The position numbers and the translations under genes were made by a program. Below, one piece after another: positions 8,200-16,286 of a stretch of DNA of 64,000 nt. The notes beneath the pieces are model-generated. The model was not told where the DNA came from. It made no database searches and was given only the letters and a program-made list of their open reading frames with translations. Source of the DNA: Bacteroidaceae bacterium (GTDB lineage Bacteria; Bacillota; Clostridia; Oscillospirales; Oscillospiraceae). Location of the stretch: positions 2,304-66,303 of the forward strand of contig CAVDFD010000001.1 of assembly GCA_963608145.1 (NCBI GenBank), read 5' to 3'. How positions within the stretch are numbered: position 1 is the first letter of the stretch; every line of letters begins with the position of its first letter.

Positions 8200-9755
8200 G
8201 CTTTACATATCCAAACGAAAACAGACCGGCCCTCGAGCATATCACAATGGACATCCCCGAGAGCGGGATAACTCTCATCTGCGGCGCAAGCGGCAGCGGC
8301 AAGAGCACGCTTCTGCGCAGGCTGAAAAGCTGTCTTGCAGACCACGGCAGGGCGGAGGGTGAGCTGCGCTTCTTCGACAGAGCCCTCAACGATGTGCCGG
8401 AGGCTGAGCAGGCGCGGCGCATAGGCTTCGTTTTTCAGCATCCTGACGATCAGATAGTTACAGACAAGGTTTTTCACGAACTCGCATTCGGGCCGGAAAG
8501 CCTCGGCTGGGAGCAAAAGAAAATGCGCCTTGCCGTTGCGGAAATGGCAAGCTATTTCGGCCTTTCCGAGCTTTTCGATAAAAACGTCGCCGAGCTCTCC
8601 GGCGGTCAGAAGCAGCTTGTAAACCTCGCGTCGGCTGCCATTCTGCGCCCCGATGTGCTCGTCCTTGACGAGCCCACGAGCCAGCTCGACCCGATCGCCG
8701 CTGCGGATTTTCTCTCCACCGTGCGCAAATTAAACGAGGATCTCGGCCTGACTGTCATACTCACCGAGCACAGGCTCGAGGAGGCGCTGCCTATGGCGGA
8801 TATGCTCGCCGTTCTGGAAAACGGCAGGCTGATCGCCTGTGATGCGCCGCAGAAAGCCGCGATGCAGATAAGAAGCAGCGCCGTGTTCTCATCAATGCCG
8901 GCGGCTGTTAAGATATTTGCCGCCCTCGGCGGTGAGGGCGAAGCGCCGCTGACGGTGGGGCAGGGCAGAGCGTTTATTGCCTCGCACATGCACGGCACGG
9001 TTGACATAACGCAAAAACGCAGCTTTGAGCACGGCTCTCCTGCCGCAGAGCTCAAAGGCTGCTGGTTCAGGTACGAAAAAAATGCTCCCGACGTTCTGCG
9101 CGGGCTTGAGCTGAAGCTTTACGCGGGCGAGATATGCGCTCTGCTCGGCGGCAACGGCTCGGGCAAGAGCACGAGCATAGGTCTCCTATCCGGCAGACTG
9201 AAGCCGTACCGCGGAAAGGTCAAAAGCAGCGGAGTGCGCATCGCGGCGCTGCCGCAGGATCCGCGTGAGCTGTTTGTCAAGGACACGGTGTCAGACGAGC
9301 TGCGCGAGCTTGAGGCCGATGAAGCGGAGCTTGAGCGCATCGTACGGCTGCTTGAGCTCAATGACATCCTCGAACGCCATCCCTTTGACATTTCGGGAGG
9401 TGAGCAGCAGCGTCTCGCACTCGGAAAGCTGCTGCTGACGCAGCCCGACGTTCTGCTGCTCGACGAGCCGACAAAGGGCATGGACGGGCAGTTCAAGCAG
9501 CGCTTCGGCGAGCTTTTGAGGAAGCTGCGCGGCGAGGGCAAGGCCGTGTTTCTGGTAAGCCACGATATTGAGTTCTGTGCCCGCTGTGCCGACCGCTGTG
9601 CCCTGCTGTTCAGGGGCGAGATAGTGACAGAGGGCGCACCGCACGAATTTTTCTCCGGCAACTTCTTTTATACGACGGCGGCGGCGAAGCTCAGCCGCGG
9701 CCTTATAAACGGAACGGTCCTATGCGAGGAGGTGATCGAGTGCTTAACGCGCTGA
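8172..9755 (+). CDS. ECF transporter ATPase, fused duplicated ABC domains (EcfA1-EcfA2 / CbiO type)
   Basis: Two Walker A motifs (GASGSGKST, GGNGSGKST), two signature motifs (LSGGQKQ, ISGGEQQR) and two Walker B motifs (LVLDEPT, LLLDEPT). Confidence 0.92.
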   Translation: MAAFEIRDLSFTYPNENRPALEHITMDIPESGITLICGASGSGKSTLLRRLKSCLADHGRAEGELRFFDRALNDVPEAEQARRIGFVFQHPDDQIVTDKVFHELAFGPESLGWEQKKMRLAVAEMASYFGLSELFDKNVAELSGGQKQLVNLASAAILRPDVLVLDEPTSQLDPIAAADFLSTVRKLNEDLGLTVILTEHRLEEALPMADMLAVLENGRLIACDAPQKAAMQIRSSAVFSSMPAAVKIFAALGGEGEAPLTVGQGRAFIASHMHGTVDITQKRSFEHGSPAAELKGCWFRYEKNAPDVLRGLELKLYAGEICALLGGNGSGKSTSIGLLSGRLKPYRGKVKSSGVRIAALPQDPRELFVKDTVSDELRELEADEAELERIVRLLELNDILERHPFDISGGEQQRLALGKLLLTQPDVLLLDEPTKGMDGQFKQRFGELLRKLRGEGKAVFLVSHDIEFCARCADRCALLFRGEIVTEGAPHEFFSGNFFYTTAAAKLSRGLINGTVLCEEVIECLTR

Positions 9756-10441
9756 AGCATAAGCGCCTTGCGCTCGCCGCCGCGGTGATAGCTCTGTCGG
9801 CGATAGTTATAATTGTCGAAACATATCTCTGGAATAACCGCAGGTACTATCTGACCTCGCTCATCATCATACTGCTTGCCATGCTGCCGTTTTTTGCCCG
9901 CTTCGAGGGGCGCAGGCCGCAGGTGCGCGAGATCGTGCTGCTTGCGGTGATGACGGCCTTTGCCGTTGCGGGCCGCGCAGCGTTTTACTGGGCGCCGCAG
10001 TTTAAGCCCGTGTGTGCGATAGTCATTTTAACGGCGGCGGCCTTCAATGCCGAGGCGGGCTTTATAACCGGCGCTGCGTCGGGGCTGATATCCAACATGT
10101 TCTTCGGTCAGGGACCGTGGACACCGTGGCAGATGCTCGGCTTCGGGCTCGTCGGATTTTTTGCCGGAGTGCTGTTTTCGGGCAGAGAGGTAAAAACAGC
10201 GCCTCTCATACTCTACGGCTTTTTCTCCGTGCTCGTCATTTACGGCCTGCTGCTCGACACGGGCTCGCTTCTCATGTATTCGCAGAATGTGAGCATTGCC
10301 GCGCTGCTTGCCATGTACGCATCGGGCTTTGCCTTTAACCTTGTCCACGCGGCCGGCACGGCTGTATTTCTGCTGCTGCTGAAAAAGCCTGTGCTGTCAA
10401 AGCTCAGGCGCATAAAAACAAAATACGGAATGTTGACCTGA
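9740..10441 (+). CDS. ECF transporter substrate-capture (S) component, candidate cobalamin-specific
   Basis: About six TM helices and small size. GTG 9740 sits 7 nt after GAGGAGG (9726-9732); the track start ATG 9722 lacks an RBS. Last gene of the riboswitch-controlled cluster. Specificity is inferred from context only. Confidence 0.7.
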   Translation: MLNALKHKRLALAAAVIALSAIVIIVETYLWNNRRYYLTSLIIILLAMLPFFARFEGRRPQVREIVLLAVMTAFAVAGRAAFYWAPQFKPVCAIVILTAAAFNAEAGFITGAASGLISNMFFGQGPWTPWQMLGFGLVGFFAGVLFSGREVKTAPLILYGFFSVLVIYGLLLDTGSLLMYSQNVSIAALLAMYASGFAFNLVHAAGTAVFLLLLKKPVLSKLRRIKTKYGMLT

Positions 10442-10479
10442 TGTGCAGATACGGCGAAAAAAGTGTCTGCACATTTTTT
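10441..10479 (+). terminator. rho-independent terminator of the ECF cluster
   Basis: ATGTGCAGA (10441-10449) pairs with TCTGCACAT (10466-10474), followed by TTTTT. Confidence 0.75.
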
Positions 10480-10677
10480 AAATCAAAATTGCTCATAAGA
10501 CCTAAAAAATGCATTTTCCCGCTTAACGGTGCAAAATCACCGAGAAAACGCAAAAATTGCATTTATTAAAATTAAAAATACGGTGCAAAATATTTCACTT
10601 GACTAAATACACAAAAAAACTGCGTTATTTTTGGTGATTATGGCAAGCGATTATCTTGAAATTAACGAGTATAAATG

Positions 10678-10706
10678 TTGACGTTAAAATTACATGATGC
10701 TACAAT
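10678..10706 (+). promoter_or_regulatory. sigma-A type promoter of the P-loop/oxidoreductase operon
   Basis: TTGACG (10678-10683), a 17-nt spacer ending in TGC (extended -10), then TACAAT (10701-10706). Confidence 0.55.
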
Positions 10707-10753
10707 ATATATGTGTTTGAATGCGTTCATATAATGAACGGAGGTTACTTTCA

Positions 10754-11494
10754 ATGAAGAATGTTAAGGTCCTTATCGGCAACTACGGCAGCGGCAAGAG
10801 CGAGCTTGCGCTCAACTTTGCAATGCAGGCCGCAGCACGCGGAGACAGGACGGAGCTTATAGACCTTGATATGGTCAATACATATTTCAGACTGACCGAG
10901 CGCGGCAAGATGGTCGAGCAGAAGGAGATAAGGCTTGTATCTCCGAACTATGCCTGCTCAGGTATCGAAACGCTGTCCCTGCCGGCGGAGGTCGCCTCGG
11001 CCTTTGTGCTTGACTGGGATACGGTCGTGTTTGACGTCGGCGGCGACGATGTCGGCGCAACGGCGCTGGGGCGCTATCATCAGGACTTCCTGGAGCTCGA
11101 GCCCGGCGCTCTTGAGGTGCTCAACGTCGTAAATATCCGCAGACCGCTTTCCGGCACGGTCGAGAAGCTCATAAGGCTTCAGGAGGGAATGCAGGTGCAT
11201 TCGAGACTCCAAATAACCGGTATGATAAACAATACAAACCTTGCAACGGAAACCTCCGTTGAGGAGCTGCGCGACGGATATGAGATGCTCAAGGAGGTCT
11301 CCGACAGGACGGGCATCCCCGTGGCGTATACGACAGGCAAAAAGGATCTGCTTGAGCAGTTCCTCGCCGAGGGGCACGATCCGAAGTATATCGGCAAGCC
11401 CATTCCAATAGATGTGTACATGCACCGTGACTGGGATTCGTATATCAAATACGGCCTGCACACGGTAGACCCGCAGAAGAACTTCAAGCATTAA
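10754..11494 (+). CDS. P-loop NTPase of the MinD/ParA-like (SIMIBI) type, function unknown
   Basis: ATG 10754 follows a GGAGG RBS (10741-10745); the track start 10721 lies inside a palindrome. Walker A GNYGSGKS, Walker B-like VVFDVGGDD. No TM segments. Confidence 0.75.
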   Translation: MKNVKVLIGNYGSGKSELALNFAMQAAARGDRTELIDLDMVNTYFRLTERGKMVEQKEIRLVSPNYACSGIETLSLPAEVASAFVLDWDTVVFDVGGDDVGATALGRYHQDFLELEPGALEVLNVVNIRRPLSGTVEKLIRLQEGMQVHSRLQITGMINNTNLATETSVEELRDGYEMLKEVSDRTGIPVAYTTGKKDLLEQFLAEGHDPKYIGKPIPIDVYMHRDWDSYIKYGLHTVDPQKNFKH

Positions 11495-11564
11495 ATGCGC
11501 GACCCCGCTTTACGCGGATTAAATAAATCAGCAAATAGCAAAAATAAAGAAAAGAGGTAGCAAC

Positions 11565-11774
11565 ATGGTAAAGGTAACCATCAATGAGAACCTGTGCAAG
11601 GGCTGCGGTCTCTGTGCAAGAGCGTGCCCCAAGGGTTGCATTGAACTTTCCAAGGCAAAAATCAACGCAAAAGGCTATCACCCGGCAGAGGTTGTAAAAC
11701 CTGAAGAGTGCATCGGCTGCGCATCCTGCGCACGCACTTGCCCCGACGTGGTAATCCACATCGAGAAGGATTAA
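11565..11774 (+). CDS. 2-oxoacid:ferredoxin oxidoreductase delta subunit (2x[4Fe-4S] ferredoxin)
   Basis: 69 aa with two CxxCxxCxxxCP motifs (CKGCGLCARACP, CIGCASCARTCP). Heads the alpha/beta/gamma genes. Confidence 0.88.
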   Translation: MVKVTINENLCKGCGLCARACPKGCIELSKAKINAKGYHPAEVVKPEECIGCASCARTCPDVVIHIEKD

Positions 11775-11787
11775 GGAGGAAATTATA

Positions 11788-12873
11788 ATGGCAAAAACTC
11801 TTATGAAGGGTAGCGAAGCTATTGCAGAGGCAGCCATCAGAGCCGGCGCTCGTTATTTCTTCGGCTATCCCATCACCCCGCAGACCGAAATTCCTGAATA
11901 CATGTCTGCACGTATGTTTGATCCCGACGTAAACGGCTGCTTCCTGCAGGCTGAGTCCGAGGTCGCAGCTATCAACATGATCTACGGTGCAGCCGGTACC
12001 GGCGCACGCGCCATCACTTCCTCCTCCAGCCCCGGCATCTCCCTGAAGCAGGAAGGTATCTCCTACTGCGCAGGCGCAATGCTTCCCTGCGTTATCCTGA
12101 ACGTAATGCGCGGCGGCCCCGGCCTCGGCAACATTCAGGCTTCTCAGGGCGACTACTTCCAGGCTGTCAAGGGCGGCGGCAACGGTGACTACCACCTGCT
12201 GACCTACGCACCCTCCTCCGTTCAGGAAGCTGTTGACATCATGATGTACGCATACGACAAGGCAGAGCAGTACCGTATCCCCGTACTGTTCATCGCAGAC
12301 GGCATCATCGCTCAGATGATGGAGCCTGTTGAGATGCCCGAGATGGTCGATTACAAGATCGATCCCGAGAAGAAGCCCTGGGCATGCACCGGCTGGAAGC
12401 CCGGCGACGATCCTGCAAAGCGCGGCGTCATCAACTCCATTTACATCGACACCGAGTCCCTGTCCGTACATAACGCAGAGCTTCAGGCAATGTACGCAGA
12501 GGTCACCAAGAACGAGCAGCAGTGGGAGTACTACAACCTTGAAGGCGCAGAGTACATCGTCACCGCATTCGGCACTGTTGCCCGTATTGCAAAGTCTGCT
12601 ATTGATCAGCTCAAGGCAGAGGGCATCAACGTCGGTCTGGTACGTCCCATCACCGTATGGCCGTTCCCGTACGATGCAGTTGCACAGGCAGTCAATGCTG
12701 AAGGCGTAAAGGCAGTTCTCGACGTAGAGCTGAACGAAGGCCAGATGCTCGAAGACGTTAAGATCGCTGTCAACGGCGCAAAGCCCATTGATTTCTTCGG
12801 TCACTGCGGCTCCCAGATGCCCACCACCGACGAGATCGTTGCAAAGATCAAGAGCATGAAGGAGGGTAAATAA
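11788..12873 (+). CDS. 2-oxoacid:ferredoxin oxidoreductase alpha subunit (Kor/Vor type)
   Basis: The N-terminus MAKTLMKGSEAIAEAAIRAGARYFFGYPITPQTEI is typical of the KorA/VorB family. 361 aa. Substrate not assignable from sequence. Confidence 0.9.
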   Translation: MAKTLMKGSEAIAEAAIRAGARYFFGYPITPQTEIPEYMSARMFDPDVNGCFLQAESEVAAINMIYGAAGTGARAITSSSSPGISLKQEGISYCAGAMLPCVILNVMRGGPGLGNIQASQGDYFQAVKGGGNGDYHLLTYAPSSVQEAVDIMMYAYDKAEQYRIPVLFIADGIIAQMMEPVEMPEMVDYKIDPEKKPWACTGWKPGDDPAKRGVINSIYIDTESLSVHNAELQAMYAEVTKNEQQWEYYNLEGAEYIVTAFGTVARIAKSAIDQLKAEGINVGLVRPITVWPFPYDAVAQAVNAEGVKAVLDVELNEGQMLEDVKIAVNGAKPIDFFGHCGSQMPTTDEIVAKIKSMKEGK

Positions 12874-13635
12874 ATGTCCGTAGTATTTGAGAGAACTAAA
12901 CTCCTTACCGACAAGACTTTCCATTACTGCCCCGGCTGCAACCACGGTATCATTCATCGTCTGGTAGCAGAGTCCATCGAGGAGCTTGAAAAGGAAGGCG
13001 TTATCGAAGAAGGTAAGGTCATCGGCGTAGCACCTGTCGGCTGCTCCGTATTTGCATATGATTACTTTAACTGCGATATGTACGAGGCTGCACATGGCCG
13101 CGCACCCGCAGTTGCAACCGGCGCAAAGCGCGTCGTCGGCAAGGACACCCTCGTATTCACCTATCAGGGCGACGGCGACCTCGCTTCCATCGGTACTGCC
13201 GAGATCGTCCACGCTGCACACCGCGGCGAGCACATCTGCACCATTTTCGTCAACAATGCCATTTACGGCATGACCGGCGGCCAGATGGCTCCTACCACCC
13301 TCGTTGGTCAGAAGACCACCACCTCCCCCAAGGGTCGTGACGAGGCATGGTGCGGCGCACCTATCCGCGTTTCCGAGATGCTCGCGACCATCCCCGGCTC
13401 CTACTACATCGAGCGCTGCGCGGTCAACACCAACGCAAACATCATGAAGACCAAGAAGGCCATCAAGAAGGCATTCACCTATCAGATGCAGGGCAAGGGC
13501 TTCTGCCTGATAGAGGTTCTTTCCACTTGCCCCACCAACTGGGGTCTCAGCCCGATCGAGGCTATGAAGTGGCTCGAAGAGAATATGATTCCTTACTATC
13601 CTCTCGGCGTTAAGAAAGACAAGGAGGCCGAATAA
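12874..13635 (+). CDS. 2-oxoacid:ferredoxin oxidoreductase beta subunit (TPP-binding)
   Basis: CPGCNHG motif and the TPP-binding GDGD...NN region ([11 protein letters not shown] ... [13 protein letters not shown]). Start abuts the alpha subunit stop. Confidence 0.9.
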   Translation: MSVVFERTKLLTDKTFHYCPGCNHGIIHRLVAESIEELEKEGVIEEGKVIGVAPVGCSVFAYDYFNCDMYEAAHGRAPAVATGAKRVVGKDTLVFTYQGDGDLASIGTAEIVHAAHRGEHICTIFVNNAIYGMTGGQMAPTTLVGQKTTTSPKGRDEAWCGAPIRVSEMLATIPGSYYIERCAVNTNANIMKTKKAIKKAFTYQMQGKGFCLIEVLSTCPTNWGLSPIEAMKWLEENMIPYYPLGVKKDKEAE

Positions 13636-13636
13636 T

Positions 13637-14179
13637 ATGAAAAAAGAGTTTATATTCGCCGGTTTCGGCGGTCAGGGCATGCTCCTGATCGGTAAGTTCC
13701 TTGCAATGGCTTGCATGCTCGACGGCAAGCACGTTTCCTGGCTGCCTTCCTACGGCCCCGAGATGCGCGGCGGCACGGCAAACTGCTCTGTCATCGTTTC
13801 CGACGATCCCGTTGCTTCTCCTCTGGTCGATATGGCTGATGTCGTTGTCGCCATGAACCGTCCTTCTCTGGACAAGTTCGAGGCACACGTCAAGCCCGGC
13901 GGCGTTCTGGTCATCAACAGCTCCCTGATCGACCGCAAGGCAGAGCGCGACGATATTCAGGTCGTTTACTGCGACGCAAACCGCATTGCAGAAGAGGTCG
14001 GCAACCCCAAGGGCGCAAACGTTGCTATCCTCGGCGCACTGCTGGCCAAGGCTCCCGTCGTTGACGACGAGAAGATGAGCGAGGCAATCCGCATCGAGCT
14101 CGGCGAGCGCAAGGCAAAGTTCCTGCCCGGCAACATGAAGGCTCTTCAGGCCGGCAAGGACGACGCTGCAAAGCAGTAA
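13637..14179 (+). CDS. 2-oxoacid:ferredoxin oxidoreductase gamma subunit
   Basis: 180 aa. FAGFGGQGMLLIGK and SYGPEMRGGTANC motifs are typical of the gamma subunit family. Confidence 0.9.
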   Translation: MKKEFIFAGFGGQGMLLIGKFLAMACMLDGKHVSWLPSYGPEMRGGTANCSVIVSDDPVASPLVDMADVVVAMNRPSLDKFEAHVKPGGVLVINSSLIDRKAERDDIQVVYCDANRIAEEVGNPKGANVAILGALLAKAPVVDDEKMSEAIRIELGERKAKFLPGNMKALQAGKDDAAKQ

Positions 14180-14193
14180 TATCCAAGCTTAAT

Positions 14194-14235
14194 AAAAAAA
14201 CAGGTACAGTCCATTGGATTGTACCTGTTTTTTTA
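14194..14235. terminator. bidirectional rho-independent terminator between convergent operons
   Basis: An A-run, then ACAGGTACA (14200-14208) paired with TGTACCTGT (14220-14228), then a T-run. Can serve both the + strand oxidoreductase operon and the - strand operon ending at 14249. Confidence 0.8.
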
Positions 14236-14248
14236 TGCTGTTCGGTTT

Positions 14249-15424
14249 TCAGAACGTCAGCTCATTCACGGCAGGGACAAGATCGATAAGCTTCCTGCGG
14301 TAGTATGCGATCAGCTCATCACGCTTAGGCTCATTGCGGCGTATCGTGCGTCGCAGCAGACGCATATAGCCGATGATCTTTGCCTTGTCCTCGACCTCCG
14401 CGAGCCTTTTCTCGTCATCCGTTTCGAGATACATGGCAAGCGCTCTGTGCCAGAACTCTATGCCGACATCATATGGAATGCCGATGAAGCGCTCCATCAC
14501 CGAATGGTCGAGCTCGGAAAAGCCGCCGTAGGCATTGAACATGGAGCCAAGCTCAAATATGGGATGCCCCGTGCAGAGCGTATCCATGTCGATAAGCAGA
14601 GCCTCACCGTCGCGCACCATGACGTTGTTCGTGTGATAGTCGCCGTGCATCATCGTGTTCTGCTCGGGAACGGCCTGCACCATATCATACAGCTTGCTTC
14701 CGATCTCAGAGGGCAGGTGCTCGCGGTCAAATGCCGCCCAGTCGAGCGCGACCTGCTTCATATCCGGCACCTCGCCGGGCTTGAGTACAGTCGAGTGTAT
14801 CTGCTTGAGCATGTCCACATAGTATTTAAGCGGCTTTTCCAGATGCTCTGGGTCATTTTTAATGAGCTCCGACAGGGAAGCGGCCTCCAGAAGCTCCATG
14901 ACCGTGCCGTAGCTTTCGCCGATGCGCACAACGTCATACGGGATCGCGGTATTGATGCCGAGGACCAGCGCCTTTCTTGCCAGCTCACGCTCGCGCTGTA
15001 TCTCCGGCAGAGCGTCGGGATTAAAATACAGCTTTATGATCGTTTCGGGGTCATAGCGGTAAACAGCGCCGTTTGAGCCCTGACCGATAAGCGCACAGCC
15101 CTCGACGGAGAGGCGGCGGTAAGCCTTTTTGACCGTCATCATTTCCGTAAAGCCGGTCATATCAAAAATGTCATACACCTCGGGGGAGACGTTTATGACC
15201 GCAAGCTCCGGCTTTTCCTTGCGCAGCCGCAGCAGTATACGCAGACCGGCGCTCGATATATATTCGAGCTTCTCAGCGTCTATCACGACGGCGGCCTCAG
15301 GCGCTGCGGAGCGTGCGGCGTTTATCTGTTTTTCCGCCTCCGAAGCGTTCGATGCGTCTATGCGTCCGCTCAGACGAACGGTCAGCACATTGTCGTTTAT
15401 ATGATATGTAAGCAGTTCAGACAT
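14249..15424 (-). CDS. STAS domain fused to an APH/choline-kinase-like phosphotransferase domain
   Basis: The N-terminal ~100 aa is an anti-sigma antagonist fold with the conserved EYISSAGLRILL serine motif. The C-terminal part has a Gly-rich loop IGQGSNGAVY, a lysine in IIKLY, the catalytic loop HGDYHTNNVMV and the metal-binding LIDMDT. Confidence 0.85.
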   Translation of the reverse strand: MSELLTYHINDNVLTVRLSGRIDASNASEAEKQINAARSAAPEAAVVIDAEKLEYISSAGLRILLRLRKEKPELAVINVSPEVYDIFDMTGFTEMMTVKKAYRRLSVEGCALIGQGSNGAVYRYDPETIIKLYFNPDALPEIQRERELARKALVLGINTAIPYDVVRIGESYGTVMELLEAASLSELIKNDPEHLEKPLKYYVDMLKQIHSTVLKPGEVPDMKQVALDWAAFDREHLPSEIGSKLYDMVQAVPEQNTMMHGDYHTNNVMVRDGEALLIDMDTLCTGHPIFELGSMFNAYGGFSELDHSVMERFIGIPYDVGIEFWHRALAMYLETDDEKRLAEVEDKAKIIGYMRLLRRTIRRNEPKRDELIAYYRRKLIDLVPAVNELTF

Positions 15425-15426
15425 TT

Positions 15427-15993
15427 TTATACCTCCGCGAAAATCGTCCTTATCAGTCTGTCAAGCTCCTGCCACGCCTGTGTGTCGGAAAGCTCCCCTA
15501 TGCTCTCGGCAATGCTGCGGTAGTACCATGCCTGCTGCGAAGGATCCTTCTGGTTGAAGTCCTGCCATACGGCATCGCCCTTATGCAGCCATACATGATG
15601 TATCGAGCGCAGATTTGCAAGCTTATCGCCGAGATACAGAATCTTTATATCCCTGTCCTGAGTTTCGCTCAGAATGCGGAGCGATTCCGATTTTCGTGCC
15701 TTCCATGTGCTCTCCGCAGGCAGAGGGCGCATTTTATCCTCTGTTTCCGATGCGACGAGCTGTGCGACTCTTTTTCCGAAGCGCTCCTCGACCTCACGCG
15801 GTGTGATGCCGGCATCCTCCACAACATCGTGGAGCACCGCCGCAGCGATGACCTCCTGATCGCTCGTCACCGTGCCGACTATTACGGCTGCCTCCATGGG
15901 GTGCAGAATATAGGGGCAATCCGACTGCTTGCGGCGCATTCCGTCATGAGCCTCCGCCGCAAAGATGATGGCTCTTGTTGCAAGCTCCGTCAT
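15427..15993 (-). CDS. HD-domain protein of the RelA/SpoT hydrolase type (small alarmone hydrolase-like)
   Basis: AAEAHDGMRRKQSDCPYILHPMEAAVIV and VLHDVVEDAG match the (p)ppGpp hydrolase HD-domain motifs (AH.GQ.RK...PYI.HP and HDV.ED). 188 aa with no synthetase domain. Confidence 0.85.
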   Translation of the reverse strand: MTELATRAIIFAAEAHDGMRRKQSDCPYILHPMEAAVIVGTVTSDQEVIAAAVLHDVVEDAGITPREVEERFGKRVAQLVASETEDKMRPLPAESTWKARKSESLRILSETQDRDIKILYLGDKLANLRSIHHVWLHKGDAVWQDFNQKDPSQQAWYYRSIAESIGELSDTQAWQELDRLIRTIFAEV

Positions 15994-16286
15994 TCGATCA
16001 CCAGTATATCGGCAAAGCCGGTCATTTCAAGGACATCCATCACATCGGCGCAGACACCGGTAAGCTTCATCGAGCCAAGGTGATTCATTTTCTTCTGCGC
16101 TACGAGCAGAACGCGCAGCCCCGCCGACGAGACGTATGTCAGCTTCTTAAGGTCAAGGATCAGAACGCTTATCTCCGACGGCAGCTCGTTTATCACCTTT
16201 TCAAGCTCCGGCGAGGTGATGGTGTCAAGTCTGCCTTCAATGTGAAGGGTCAGAGTTTCGTTTTTCTGTTCGGGATTGATCGTCAT
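15990..16286 (-). CDS. STAS-domain anti-sigma-factor antagonist (SpoIIAA/RsbV-like)
   Basis: 98 aa with the phosphorylatable-serine motif LTYVSSAGLRVLL. 4-nt overlaps with both neighbouring genes. Confidence 0.9.
   Translation of the reverse strand: MTINPEQKNETLTLHIEGRLDTITSPELEKVINELPSEISVLILDLKKLTYVSSAGLRVLLVAQKKMNHLGSMKLTGVCADVMDVLEMTGFADILVIE

Noticed and set aside
11662-13233. 523-aa minus-strand ORF
   Set aside because: Antisense to the oxidoreductase alpha/beta genes, which have unambiguous TPP and ferredoxin motifs. The product is Cys/Gly/Ala/Val-rich nonsense.
14219-15076. 285-aa plus-strand ORF; also 17054-18043 (329 aa, +)
   Set aside because: Both lie antisense to genes of the partner-switching operon, which show strong catalytic motifs. 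Neither has an RBS or recognisable domains.
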